From assembly GCF_036321535.1 (NCBI RefSeq), contig NC_087437.1, positions 53,508,001-53,572,000 of the forward strand: DNA of 64,000 bases, given 5' to 3'. The DNA comes from Camelus dromedarius. Lineage: Eukaryota. Position numbers and translations under genes: made by a program. The notes under the pieces are model-generated. The model was not told the origin of the DNA and searched no databases. It was given only the letters and a program-made list of their open reading frames with translations. Position 1 is the first letter of the stretch; every line of letters starts with the position of its first letter. This document shows positions 22,536-34,444 of the stretch, in pieces.

Positions 22536-23040
22536 GTTAGAGAAAAATACACTTTTTTAAAATAACGAACAAATATCACTTATATAAACTGAAAAAAAAA
22601 AAGGTTTTTAGGAGCAAACTATTACTACCCACCCATTTCCACCCCGACTCTCTCCTCAATGAAGGAAAAAAAGGCATTGTTCAGATTTGACTAGTGAGAC
22701 CAGTATGAATATGTCATTTCTTGCACCTAATCTCAAGAACCAAATCCAGTGAATTAAATAACTAACAAAAAAGCAGTAATTCCCATAAATGGAAATGATA
22801 CATAGTTTTAAAGATTGGAAGTGTAAAACCTAGCAGTAAGGTAAAAAGCTAGTTAGAGGTAAAGCTCATACTAGTGGATAAAAATACTAAGTCCTGAGTT
22901 ATGACAGGAAAAAATCAAGTTTTGAGTTAAATTGCTGACCCATCCTCAAAAACAAACAAACAAAAGTCCAAATCAAAGTAAAGCAAAACAAAACAAAAAC
23001 GTGAGAGTGGGCATCTCTGCAGCAGCACAGTGTTTGTTAG

Positions 23041-23150
23041 GTGTGATGATGGGGATCTGGTGACCATTACACCCACAAGGCTTTCTGTGTAACATTTTCC
23101 CTCAAAGGGAACTGCTAGTCTAATGTGTGCAGCAGCTGAAGGCTTCTTAG
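23041..23150 (+). pseudogene. Fossil exon (CDDGDLVTITPTRLSV*HFPSKGTASLMCAAAEGFL)
   Basis: tttgttag| ... TAG|gtaagt (consensus donor); phase 2/1. Confidence 0.6.
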
Positions 23151-23199
23151 GTAAGTAGGTATTTCTGGAGGCCAAGACTCAGGACAGTCTTAGCCCATG

Positions 23200-25855
23200 C
23201 AAGCATTCATGTTGCTTGCTGCATCAGTAGCTTGTTTCTTTTCATTGCTTAGTAATATTCCATTCTAAGGATATAACACAATTTATTTATCCAGCTATTT
23301 GTTGGTGACCACTTGAGACTTTTCCAGTATTTGACTATTATGAATAAATCTGTTATGAACATTGTGTACATTAACATTGTGTATCTTTTTTGGACATATA
23401 TGGCTATTTTTCTTGAGTAAATACCTAGAAGTAGAATTTATGGGCCAAGTGGTAAGGGAAAATTTAACTTTTTAAGAAAATGTTCAACTACTTTTCCAAA
23501 GTAGTTGAACCATTTCATATTTCCACAAGCAGCATATGAGAGTTCCAGGTACTCCACGTCCTTGCCAATACTTATTTTCAGTCTTTTTCCTTTTGCTATT
23601 TTAGTGTGTGTGAAGTGAGATTTCATCTTGGTTTTGATTTACGTTTTCCTAATTGGCCAATGAGGTTGAACTTCTTAAGTGTGCATAATGGCTCTTTGTA
23701 TATATTCTTTTGTGAAGTCCCTAATCTTTTGCTCATTAAAAAAAAAAAGACTTAATCTTTTTAAGCAAAATTAAGGAGGAAAGTACAGAGATTTCTCATA
23801 TACCCTCTGTTCCCACATATGCATAGCCTTCTCCATTATCAACACCACCACTAGTGTGATACATTTGTTACAATTAGTGAAACAAACTGACACATCAGAA
23901 TCATCCAACGTCCATAGTTTCCATGATGGTTCACTCTTGGTGCTGTACATTCTATGGATTTGGACAAATGTACAATAATGTACAGGGCATCCTTTCTATA
24001 GTATCATACAGTGTGTTTTCATTGCCCTAAAAATCCTCTCTGCTCCACCTAGTAATACCCTACCCCAGCCCCTTGGAATCTCTGATCTTTTTACTGTCTC
24101 TGTAGTTTTGTTTTCTCCAGAATGTCATATAGTTGGAATCATACAGCATGTAGCATTTTCAGAGTGGCTTCTTTCACTTAGTAATATGCATTTATGATTC
24201 CACCATGGCTTTTCATGATTTGATCATTATTTCTTTTTAAGGCTGAATAATGTTCCATTATCTGGTTGTAACACAGTATCCGTTTCTACTGAAGAGTATC
24301 TTAGTTGCTTCCAAATTTCGAAAATTATGAATAAAGCTGTTATAAATGTCTGTGTGTTTTGCTTATTTTTAAATTGGGTTGTTTGTCTTATTATTGAGTT
24401 GTAAGAGTTCTTTATACATAACAAATACAAGTCATTTTTCAGATATATGCATCATAAATATTTTCTCCGAACCTCTGGCTTGCCACTTTATTTTCTCAAT
24501 GGTGTCTTTTGAAGAGCAAAACTTAAAACTTTTGATGGAGTCCAATTTATAACTTTTTCTTTTGTAGTTTCTTTATATGTTCTGTAACCTTTTAAGAATT
24601 TTTTTGCCTATCCCAATGTTAAGAAAAAAATTTCTCCTGTGATTTTTAAATAGCTTTACTGAGATATAATTTATATACCATACAATTCACTGATTGTAGA
24701 GTGCTAGTCAATGATATTCTAGTGCAAATATCACCACAATCTAATTTTAGAATATTTTCATTCTTCCTAAAAGAAACCTGTAATCATTAGCAGTCACTCT
24801 CTACTCTCAGTTCAGCCTTATCTCTTACACCTCCCTTCTAGGCAAACAATAATCCACTTTCTCTTTATAGATTTGCATATTATGAACATTTCATGTAAAT
24901 GGACTCATAACCTGTGACCTTTTGTGACTGGCTTATTTTCCCTAGCGTAATGTTTTCAATCTTCACCAATATTGTAGCATATATCAGTACTTCATCCATT
25001 TTTATTGTGGGATAATATTCCATTGTATGGATAGAAACCCATTTTATTCACCCACTTATCAATTGAAAGGCATTTGGGTTATTCCCACTTTTTGACTATT
25101 ATAAATAATGCTGCTATGTTTGAATGCTTATGTCCACTTTTTGGTGTGGGTATGTTCTCATTTCTCTTGGGTATATATCTAGAAGTAGAATTGCTGGATC
25201 AAATGGTATTGAATTTTCAGGACATCTTATAGAGATTTTGTTATATTTATTCTTCAGTATTTCATGTTTTAAATATTATAATTGGCATTTTTTTAAATTG
25301 GCATTTTTTAAAATAAATTCCAATATCCAGTTATTTGTTGCTAGTATATGAAAATATAATTGATTTTTGTTTATTTTGTGTATTGGTTTTGTATTCTGTG
25401 ACCTTGATAGACTCACTTACTAGTTCTAATTGCTTTTATTGTAGACTATCAGGGATTTTTTGTCTACAGAATCATGATCAATTTTATTTTTTCCTTTCTG
25501 ATGTATGCCTTTCATTTATTTTTTCTTTTCTTCCTTTATTGCATTAGTACAATGTTGAATAGAACTTGGAAGAGTGGATTTCTTTGTCTTGTGCTTGATT
25601 TTAGTTGGAAAGCATTCACTCTTCCATTTACAGTTTTCTGAGAGTTATTATTTTTTAATTATGAATGAGTGTTGTGTTTTTGCAGATTTTTTTTAGGGGA
25701 CAGGAGATCTTTTAAGATAGTCATATTATTTCCCTTCCTTTCTCTGTGGATGTGCTAAATTGCATTGATTGATTTCCAAATGTTAAACCAATCTTTCTTC
25801 CCTGGAATAAATTTCATTTGATCATGTATATACTTTGTATATTGCTGAATTTAGT
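23200..25855 (-). mobile_element. Nested antisense L1M fragments
   Basis: Several L1 3'UTR/ORF2 antisense blocks: tttccaaagtagttgaaccattt; ggatttggacaaatgtacaat; gagatataatttatataccatacaattcac. Confidence 0.8.
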
Positions 25856-25857
25856 TT

Positions 25858-26339
25858 TGTTCCCGAACCAAACTTAGGTCTGCTTGCCTGTGTTCAGTAA
25901 AGCTGGACTACTAACATTGGGTTGTGGTGGAGGAAAGTGCAGCATTTATTGCAAGACCCAGCAAGGAGCAAACATAGCAGCCGGGGTTGCTATAACAGAA
26001 TGCCACAGACCAGGTGACTAAAACAATAGAAATTTATCTCTCACAGTTCTGGAAGCTGGGAAGTCTGAGATCAGGGTGCGATCATGGTCTTCAGATCTGG
26101 GGAGGGTCCTCTTCCTTGTTTGCAGATGGCTGTCTTCTCACTGGGTCCTTATATGATGAAGAGAGAGTAATCACCTCCCTTCTGTCTCTTCTTATAATGT
26201 CGCTAATCCTATTCATGAGAACTCCACCCTCACGACCTAATTAATTCCCAAAAGGCCTCACTTCTAAATACTGTTAGATTGAGGATTTAGGCTTCAATAT
26301 ACGAATTTTTAGGGGGACACAAACATACAGTCTATAACA
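25858..26339. mobile_element. ERV1-type LTR fragment (25858-~25970) followed by a MaLR MLT1-type LTR (~25975-26339)
   Basis: tgttcccgaaccaaacttaggtc...catttattgcaag; then gttgctataacagaatgccacagac...ctcacagttctggaagctgggaagtc...cagtctataaca. Confidence 0.75.
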
Positions 26340-26506
26340 GGGTGTCACAGGAACTTATTTGGATAAATATTATACCTAGAAATGAAACGTATTGGCAGAT
26401 GTGGATAGAAATCGGGCAAAATGCCTGCTTATTTGGGAGAATGGTGTCAGGGCCCAAGTAACTTGGAAACCTCAACTCTGGGCTGGTGTGTCTGTATTAA
26501 TTACAG

Positions 26507-26699
26507 CCAGAAAATGGAGATGAGAAGAATGCCTCACAGATTCATGAATGTGTTTCAATGATGTTACTAACAGTAAACTTCATAAAATCCAGGCTTATGA
26601 AAGCTTAACTGTTTTCTATAATTTGAGCTTGTAGAAAACTTCCTTAATATTCTGCTGCTGCACACACACAGCTGTTGACCAACTGAGGTCTGGCAACGG
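26507..26699 (+). pseudogene. Fossil exon (ARKWR*EECLTDS*MCFNDVTNSKLHKIQAYESLTVFYNLSL*KTSLIFCCCTHTAVDQLRSGNG)
   Basis: attacag| ... GG|gtgagt; phase 1/2. LTDS*MCFNDV resembles GREB1 'SDDSCVMWNVV'. Confidence 0.6.
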
Positions 26700-26888
26700 G
26701 TGAGTCAGTATTCAGTTGAGAGTTGAAGTAGCAGCTGTTTCTCAGATTCACACATTCCCTTTGACTTACTGGCAGCATGATATTATCTGGTTCATAGTCT
26801 CGCTTGCTTGGCAGACACACTGATTTTTAGTAAATATGAATATGATAAATTTGATCCTGCATAACAAAGACCTTACTGTCTTCCTTAG

Positions 26889-27117
26889 TCATGACAAAAT
26901 TACAGCCACAAAAAAGGAAGCAAGAATTCTGGTATTCAAATGAAGAAAAAGTTCTATTGAGTTGTTTTTCCACACTGGAAAACTTTCTCTCAGAGAATTA
27001 TTTCATGATGGATGATTCTATGAGGAATGATTTACAATGCTGTTCATGTCTGCATGCCAAACTGCTTTCAATGAGGGAGTGTTTTCTCTGGAAAATGGAA
27101 ATTGTGACCCAGTCCAG
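26889..27117 (+). pseudogene. Fossil exon (HDKITATKKEARILVFK*RKSSIELFFHTGKLSLRELFHDG*FYEE*FTMLFMSACQTAFNEGVFSLENG...)
   Basis: gtcttccttag|; phase 2 in; all three stops are TGA; donor unresolved. G[R]FYEE[R]F..LFMSAC resembles GREB1 'NRFLCDDVDFNLRVHSAG'. Confidence 0.6.
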
Positions 27118-27337
27118 GCAACAGCATACTCCCTGTCTTCAGTAATAAAGGGAAGGGACATTGGAATGCAAGTGTAGTAGAGATTTAAGATATTTTAAAG
27201 TAGTAACCTGATCAGTTAAGAGACAAAAATGTCCCTGATGTCCCAGCTACAACAAAAGAAGGTACCATTGCACCCCATCTATTCCTATTATAGTGCAGTG
27301 TCATTAAAAATGCACATTTATTGAGAGAGATGTGTAG

Positions 27338-27548
27338 GGAGTTATGACCCTCCCAGTGAACATGAGAACCAAGATGTGAATCTGTTGTATCCTTTGCTGG
27401 TCTTCAGTTATCTCTCTGAGACATGAGCTTCTCCCCTGGCTAAGTATTATCCATTGTCTAAAGATGGATATTATTTCTTCAATATAGCCACTGACACAAG
27501 CCAACTATTTCGGATCTACTCAAAATTCTTAAAAAAAGATTGTAAAGG
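27338..27548 (+). pseudogene. Fossil exon (SYDPPSEHENQDVNLLYPLLVFSYLSET*ASPLAKYYPLSKDGYYFFNIATDTSQLFRIYSKFLKKDCK)
   Basis: tgtag| ... GG|gtaatt; 69 codons with one TGA. Resembles GREB1 'YICAPDSKH..LLLEKFL..PL..HPVLSVDCYLNL'. Confidence 0.55.
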
Positions 27549-28310
27549 GTAATTTTGATGAATTTGGCTATTGCCTTAAGCACTGTGACAGAGACCACTG
27601 GAACTCACTAATACCTGCATGCTTCTCCCTATCTCCCAGTCTCCTTGTAGTTACCTTGGACCCATGATTAGGTCTGGCCAGTGGAATGTAAACACAAACG
27701 GGTGCCACTTCCAGGCTGAAGTAATTAAGTATCTCATGTGCCTTCCCACACACTGTGTTCCCCTCCATAGTGAGAGCAGAGGCCAAAAAGGGTTAATGAT
27801 GAATGATGATAGTCACAGGATGGAGGATTCTGTATCCCAGAGCCACCTTTTGGAAGAGAGCCTCTATGGAGAGATCCCCAACTTACATCAGACTATGACA
27901 TGAGTAAGTGATAAAGCTTTATTAAGATTTATCATGCTATGAAATTTTAGGGGTGATTTATTACTGCTGCTGACATTTCTTATTCCTTTATTCTCCAACT
28001 TCCCACCTCCACCGTCACTCGCAGGTAAACTCAATGCTCCAACCACGTTTCCTCAAGATGAAACACAGCAGGTCCCTGAATGCAGTCCTGGAAACAAACA
28101 TGTAATCATCAAATATCTGATACCAAGGTTTTTTGTTCAAACGATCAGTTTCAACTTTCTCATTAATTTGGTAAAAAGATTTATCCTGATAAAATGTGAT
28201 CTTTAAAATACTCTATGTATTATTTGGGGGATATAATATGGTAACATTTTCTGATTCCTGATTTATAAACCTAAATTAAATGTATCAATTTCATTGTGTT
28301 CTGAAATTAG

Positions 28311-28377
28311 CACTATGGTTTTTGGATGTCTCTTAGATACATTTGAGAAACCTTGTGTTCTTCCTAGGCTAGAAGAC
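28311..28377 (+). pseudogene. Tentative fossil exon (TMVFGCLLDTFEKPCVLPRLED)
   Basis: aattag|; phase 2 in, matching the previous exon. VFGCLL resembles GREB1 'LFSGLL'. Confidence 0.35.
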
Positions 28378-28493
28378 GTATATAACAACTATATATGTTA
28401 CATAGTCCTGAAGTATAAAACAGTGACATTATGTCCACTCATCTATTTATCCATTCAACAAAAATGTATTGACCATCAACTATTATGCAGGAA

Positions 28494-28700
28494 CTGTGCT
28501 GTCCAATTTAGCAGCCACTAGCCATGTGTGGCTTCAAATTTTTTTTAATTTAAATTACTCTAAATAAAATAAAAATAAATTAAAAATTCAGTTCTTTAGT
28601 AATATTAATCACATTTCAAGTGCTTAATAGCTACATGTAACTAGTAGCTATCTTATTGGACAACACAGAAGAACATTACCATCATCCAGAAAACATTTAT
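28494..28700. mobile_element. MER3-like hAT MITE
   Basis: ctgtgctgtccaat..gccactagccatgtgtggct...atttcaagtgcttaatagctacatg...tattggacaacacag (internal inverted structure). Confidence 0.75.
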
Positions 28701-31269
28701 CTAGAAAAAAGGTAGACACAACACACATAATTTTCCTTAATGTAATAATTGTTCCCATAAAATTAATAAAATATGCTTTAGGTTGCCAGAGAGCTAAGGA
28801 ATTTTGTGTTTTGGAGATAACATTTGAACTTGGTCTTAAAAGATAAGAAGGAACTTGCTACATTCCAGTAAGAGTTTAGAGCAGGTACAAAGTCGAAAAA
28901 GGATAAATGGGCTGAAAAGGCAAGGTTTAACATGATTGGGGAGAAACATATGTAAGAGAAAAGAGCAGAGATGAGGTTGGATATGGCAAGAGCTGGTGGA
29001 GTGTTTGAATGTCTTCTTTTGGTGATGGGAGTCAAAAAAATCTTCTAAGCAGGTAGAATAACATCAGCCTGGCACTGTATGAAGGTCACTTGCTGGCAAT
29101 TTTGATGTTGAAAGACCAGACTGGAGATCATGAGTCCCAGAAGGTGAAGACAAAAGCAGTAGTAATTGAGTTGAGGAAGAAAGATTCAGTTTTAGAGATA
29201 TTTTTGTATTAGATTTGTTAAGTTAGGCTCTACCTAATTATAGACTAACTTCTCCTGCTTAGCCATCTGGAACGTTGGAAGGAGCCAGGTGAAAGGCGAA
29301 GTATGAGTGTGTGTTGGGTGCGGGTGGGGGTCTCACCTCTCTTCACAGAGGATAAACAATCACTGGGTTTGGCACACTTATCTATCCTGTCACATTCAGG
29401 CTGTGCTCTTGAGGGAGTGGTGTGTATATCAGTTCATTCAGGGAAATCCTCTGTGTCCTCCTTAACATTGGGACGTTTGAAGTTGCAGCAAGGCCACTTC
29501 CTCCTAGGAATTCTGTTTTACTAAAGAGAATCTTCGGATGTCACCTCTGTGTTGTGAATTATTACCTCTTGATGCATTTATTTGTTTATCTTAAATTTCC
29601 ATAGTGTACTCTGAGTTGTTTTAACAAAGGGCTATCTATATGTCGAGGGATGATGATATGAGTAGTAGCGGGTGAGGAATTTAGAATTTATGGGCACATG
29701 AGCCTGATGAAAATGTCTTCTAAGGCTGATGGGTGCTGGTTGGTGAAGCGCTTTGGGGGTAGATCACTGCTGCTAAGAGCCTTGATCCCCAATTGTGATG
29801 AGATTTCTGATTCACTTTTCAGTCTATCCAAGTAAATTTTCAGGTTAATTATGGTTTCTCAGAAAAGGGCAGGAAGTGTTTACGGCAGAGTCAGTTGGCC
29901 AGATTAACCAGAGGCACCATTTCCCTTTGTCAGTTTATCACTGAGCCTGGTTTCCTCCTCTACTGGGTAAACATCCTTTTCTTATCCCCGTTTTCCTTCC
30001 AAGTCAGCACTTTCCTAATGGTTTCCTTTTTCTGAGCAAAACCCTCAGAGATCAATATGAAATCAAGCAGCAGGAGAAATCAGTAAGGTCTGCTGTGACG
30101 AGAGATTTTGAAGTTTTGGGATATGTGTGGGTTATGGGAGGTTCAAGATTTGAAGAAGGGGGACCAACCCGAGCCATCGGTCTGCTCTCCATCCACTCCC
30201 TGCAAGACTGCCCGTAGTAAAAGGAGACACTGAGTTCTCCATATAAAGTTTCTGCATACAGCCTTGTGGAAAAACAGCACGTTACCCTCTCTTCTTAAAT
30301 AGAGGAGGATTAAAATCAGAAATAAACATTTCTCATTTCAGAATGTTAGGCAGCTCCTAACTAGTATAGTGATCATCTCCAAGATTGAAGACTAAAAATG
30401 CTCCGAAGTGAATACACTTCTGTTGCCTCCTTTATGTTGTAATTTTTCCTAAGCCATTAACAGTTTTAATAGGGGGAGAGCGTTCTCTTAAGTGATCACA
30501 CATTTGACAGCTCCTTTTTCTGATGTGCAGATTGTATGGGTATTTTTGTTTGTTTGTTTTTTTAATGCTTTTGTTACATTGTTCATGTCATAAACCAGAG
30601 TCTAGTAGGAAAATTCATGAGTTCAAACTATTTGTTGACACAAAATGTTAAGCAGTAAGTTTACTAATCCGTTCTTAAAGCTTCACTGTATTAAAACCTG
30701 TAAAAACTCAATTTGTCATGGGGTTAAGGTGAACACTTTACTTGGTTACCTTCTCACCAGAGTACAAATAAAAGTGATTCTATCAGTTTTCCTGAATATT
30801 AATCACAGTGGAAGACTTCCACTTTGTTTAAAATGGTTTTGACAGTACCCCCTCCCCCACCATCATCCTTTCCTCTGTTAATATTAAACACACCGTGATT
30901 GAACTGGTTGTGCCTGCTGAGACGGGTTGTACTCCATAGATAACGCACAAAGCCCAGCTGGGGGTAGTCAACAAACGCTGTATTGCAACAAACTTCTGTG
31001 GGCATCACCTGGAAACCCTTACCCTCGTCTTTCCTCCTGCCTTGTGTCTGTTCTCTGGGTCACTAAATCCCTGTTAGGAAATCTTGGAGATATTTCATTG
31101 CAAATAAGACTGCCTGGTAGCAATGCAGTGGCAAAGAGCTCCCAGAGGTGCCTAGGTAGGTTTACCCCACTCAACAATTAATCAAGCCATTCAACAAAAT
31201 ATGTTGAATTTCTCCTCTGGGCCTGATGGGTTGCTTGATGAAGATCAGAAGATGAGATTGAAAATAAGA

Positions 31270-33780
31270 CATGGTTAATGGACAGAAAGGCTCACTCTTA
31301 TAAAGAAGTCAATTATTCCCAAAATAATCTATAAAGTCAATGTTATTCCAGTCAAATCCCAACAAGGTTTTCATGGAACTTGACAGGCTGATTCTAACAT
31401 TTTTATGGAAGAGCAAAGAGCTGAGAAGAGCTAAGATTCTTTGAAAGAAGAACATGGTTAGAAAAGTTGTTCTAGATAATAAGACTTATTATAAAGCTAT
31501 AGTAATTAAGACAATGTAGTTTAGTTCAGGAATAAAAAAACAAATACAATCAGATATGAATCCATGAATACAGGAAAATTTTATTCACAATGAAGTCTAC
31601 TTCACAGATCAGTGGGACAACAGTGGCTAATTCAATAAATGATGCTGGAATAATTGGTTATACAGATTTTTAAAACTATGAAATTGAATTCTTTCTTTGT
31701 ACCATATACATGAGTTAATTCCAAGAAAGTTAAGGACTTAAATATGAAAGAGAAAACATAAACATTTTAGGAGAAAATACAAGGAAAGGAAGAATTTTAT
31801 AAACAAGACTCAAAAGGCATAAACAATAAAGGAAAGATATTTATATCATGTTATAATGACATTAAAAACTTCTATTAACCAGATAATACCCCCAAAGAAA
31901 GTGAAAGGAAGAAGCCACAGATTGGAAGATATTATTTGTAACACATATCACTGATGATAAAAAATTAGTATTCAGAAAATAGAAAGAACTAAAATAGCTC
32001 TATAAAAATTGATCAAAATATGAAAGAATACATAATTGGTCAAAAACATATTAAAAGGTGGTTATTCTTATTAGCAATCTAGGAAATTAAAACTAAAATC
32101 ACAATGAGATGTCATTTAAAAAATAGAATGTGTAATAACATCAAACTATTTAAAATCTCCATATTGAAAATGACAAAACAAACAAACAAACAAAACATAA
32201 ATACAAAACAGAAACAGATTCATAGACATAGAATACAAACTTATGGTTGCCAAGGGGGCGGGGGGTGGGAAGGGACAGACTGGGATTTCAAAATGTAGAA
32301 CAGATAAACAAGATTATACTGCATAGCATAGGGAAATATATACAAGATCTTATGGTAGCTCACAGAGAAAAAAATGTGACAATGAATATATATATGTTCA
32401 TGTACAACTGAAAAATTGTGCTCTACACTGGAACTTGACACAACATTGTAAAATGATTATAACTCAATAAAAAATGTTTAAAAAAATGACAAAACATGCT
32501 GATAAATTAGAAAAAAAAATCGGAGTTCATGGACAGGAAGTTTCATTATTATTAAGATGGCAGTTCTTCCCAAATTTATCTATAGACTTGATTCAACCAC
32601 AGTCAAAACCCCACCAGGCCATTTTGTGGAGTTTGACAAGCTGTTTCTAAAGTTTATTTGGAAATATAAAAGACCTTGAATAGCCAAAGCAATTTTGGCA
32701 AAAAAAGAACAAAATTGGAGACTTAAACTACTTGATTTCAAGACATATTTGGCTATAAAAATCAAGGCAGTGTGGTCTTGGCAGGAGGTTAGTCATATGA
32801 GTCAGTAGGTCAGAATAGAAAATGCAGAATTAGATCCACACGTCAGTACACTAACAACTCAAGATTAAGAAGACAAATAATCTTATTTTGTTTAAAGGGA
32901 GAAATATGAATAGATACTTCACAAAGGTATATGAATGTTCAATCAACTCATGAAATTATACTCAGCATCATTAATAATAAGGGAAATAAAAATTAAATCA
33001 TGGAGAACACCACTTCATAGACACCAGAATGGCTACATGGCGTGAGAACATTCCTACTTTGTTGTTAGAGATGGAAAATGGCACAACTACATTAGAAAAG
33101 CAGTGGTTTCTTATCAAGTAAAACATACGTTTACCATATAACTTAGAGAAATGAAAACAGCTGTCTACAAAAAGTTCTGTATATGAACATTCATAGCTAT
33201 TTTATTCACAATTCATAAGAGCCACAAACTGAAAACAGCCCAAATCTTTATCTACAGATAAATGGATAAACAAATTGTTGTATATTCATTCATGCAGTAG
33301 ATGACCACTCAGCAAGTAAAAGGAACAAATTTCTGATACTTGCAACAGCATAGACCAATCTAAAAAAAGGTTGAGTGAATAAAAGGGTACACTCAGAATT
33401 GTAAATACTATGTGATTCCATTTATTTTGACGTGTAGATCTGTGCTATAGTAATAGAAATAAGGTCAGTGATCGCTGCATAAGGTGGTGGTAAGGAGTGA
33501 CTGACTGCAAAGGGACATGAAGAAAATTTACATTTTGATGCATTGGTGGTTACATGGGAGTATATATTTTTCAAAACTAATTCCATCATACATGTATGTA
33601 CAATTTACATACAAAAAAGTGCATTTTTTTGTATATTAATTTTACCTTAATATAAATTCAATTAAGAACACAATGAGATATACAACACAGTGGATGTACT
33701 TAATGCCACTTAACTGTACACTTTAAAATAGTTAAATCGTCAATTTTATGTTATGCATATTTTACTACAATAAAAAATGC
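31270..33780 (+). mobile_element. Several sense L1M ORF2/3'UTR fragments, including a younger L1 3' end at 32181-32482 with TSD aaaatgacaaaaca
   Basis: ORF2 C-terminal words (gaacttgacaggctgattctaacatttttatggaa); TSD at 32167-32180 and 32483-32496. Confidence 0.8.
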
Positions 33781-34129
33781 AATGAGGTACATTTTTTACA
33801 AATTAATTACAAATTTTAAGCTCACACAAAAATGGAAAGAAGACTGTAATTATTCCTTCTATATTCTCCACATATGATCTAGATATAACCATTACTAAAG
33901 CAAATGTGGTAAAATGATTATGTACATACAAGCACACTGGAAAAAATTATTAAATTATAAATTATACTTATTATGATGATGATTACATTTATTATTTATT
34001 ATTCATTTCTAAATGAGCAATAATTCATTAATATTGGCTTTTATTCAATGTTCAAACTTTCCCAATCATCCTCAAATTTCTCTTTTATATTCTTTTATTC
34101 CAATTAAGAGTTAATCAAGATGTATGTCT

Positions 34130-34392
34130 CAATAAACCATCTTATGTTTACCAGAGGAAAGGGAGTGCAAAGGGATAAATTTGGGAGTTTGAGATTTGCA
34201 AATGTTAACCTCTATATATAAAAATAGATAAAAAACAAATTTCTTCTGTATAGCACAGGGAACTATATTCAGTATCTTGCAACAACCTTTAATAAAAAAG
34301 AATATGAAAGCAAATATGTGTGTTTGTGTGTGTGTGTGTGTATGACTGGGACATTATGCTGTACACCAGAAACTGACACATTAAACTCACTA

Positions 34393-34443
<51 letters not shown>

Positions 34444-34444
34444 G
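34130..34444 (+). mobile_element. Lineage-specific L1 3' end with an (AAT)n tail
   Basis: Reverse complement of the 3958/6071 family; (AAT)n at 34393-34442; short TSD tgtatgtct. Confidence 0.8.

Noticed and set aside
22356..22565. Stop-free alternative frame VCDYLVCVTCPPWSNGH... and ORF 26891-27145
   Set aside because: These frames are incompatible with neighbouring exon phases and show no family motifs, so I preferred the TGA-containing frame.
23041..23075. DDGDLVTI resembling a PB1 OPCA motif
   Set aside because: Too short, and the surrounding sequence fits the GREB1-like interpretation better.
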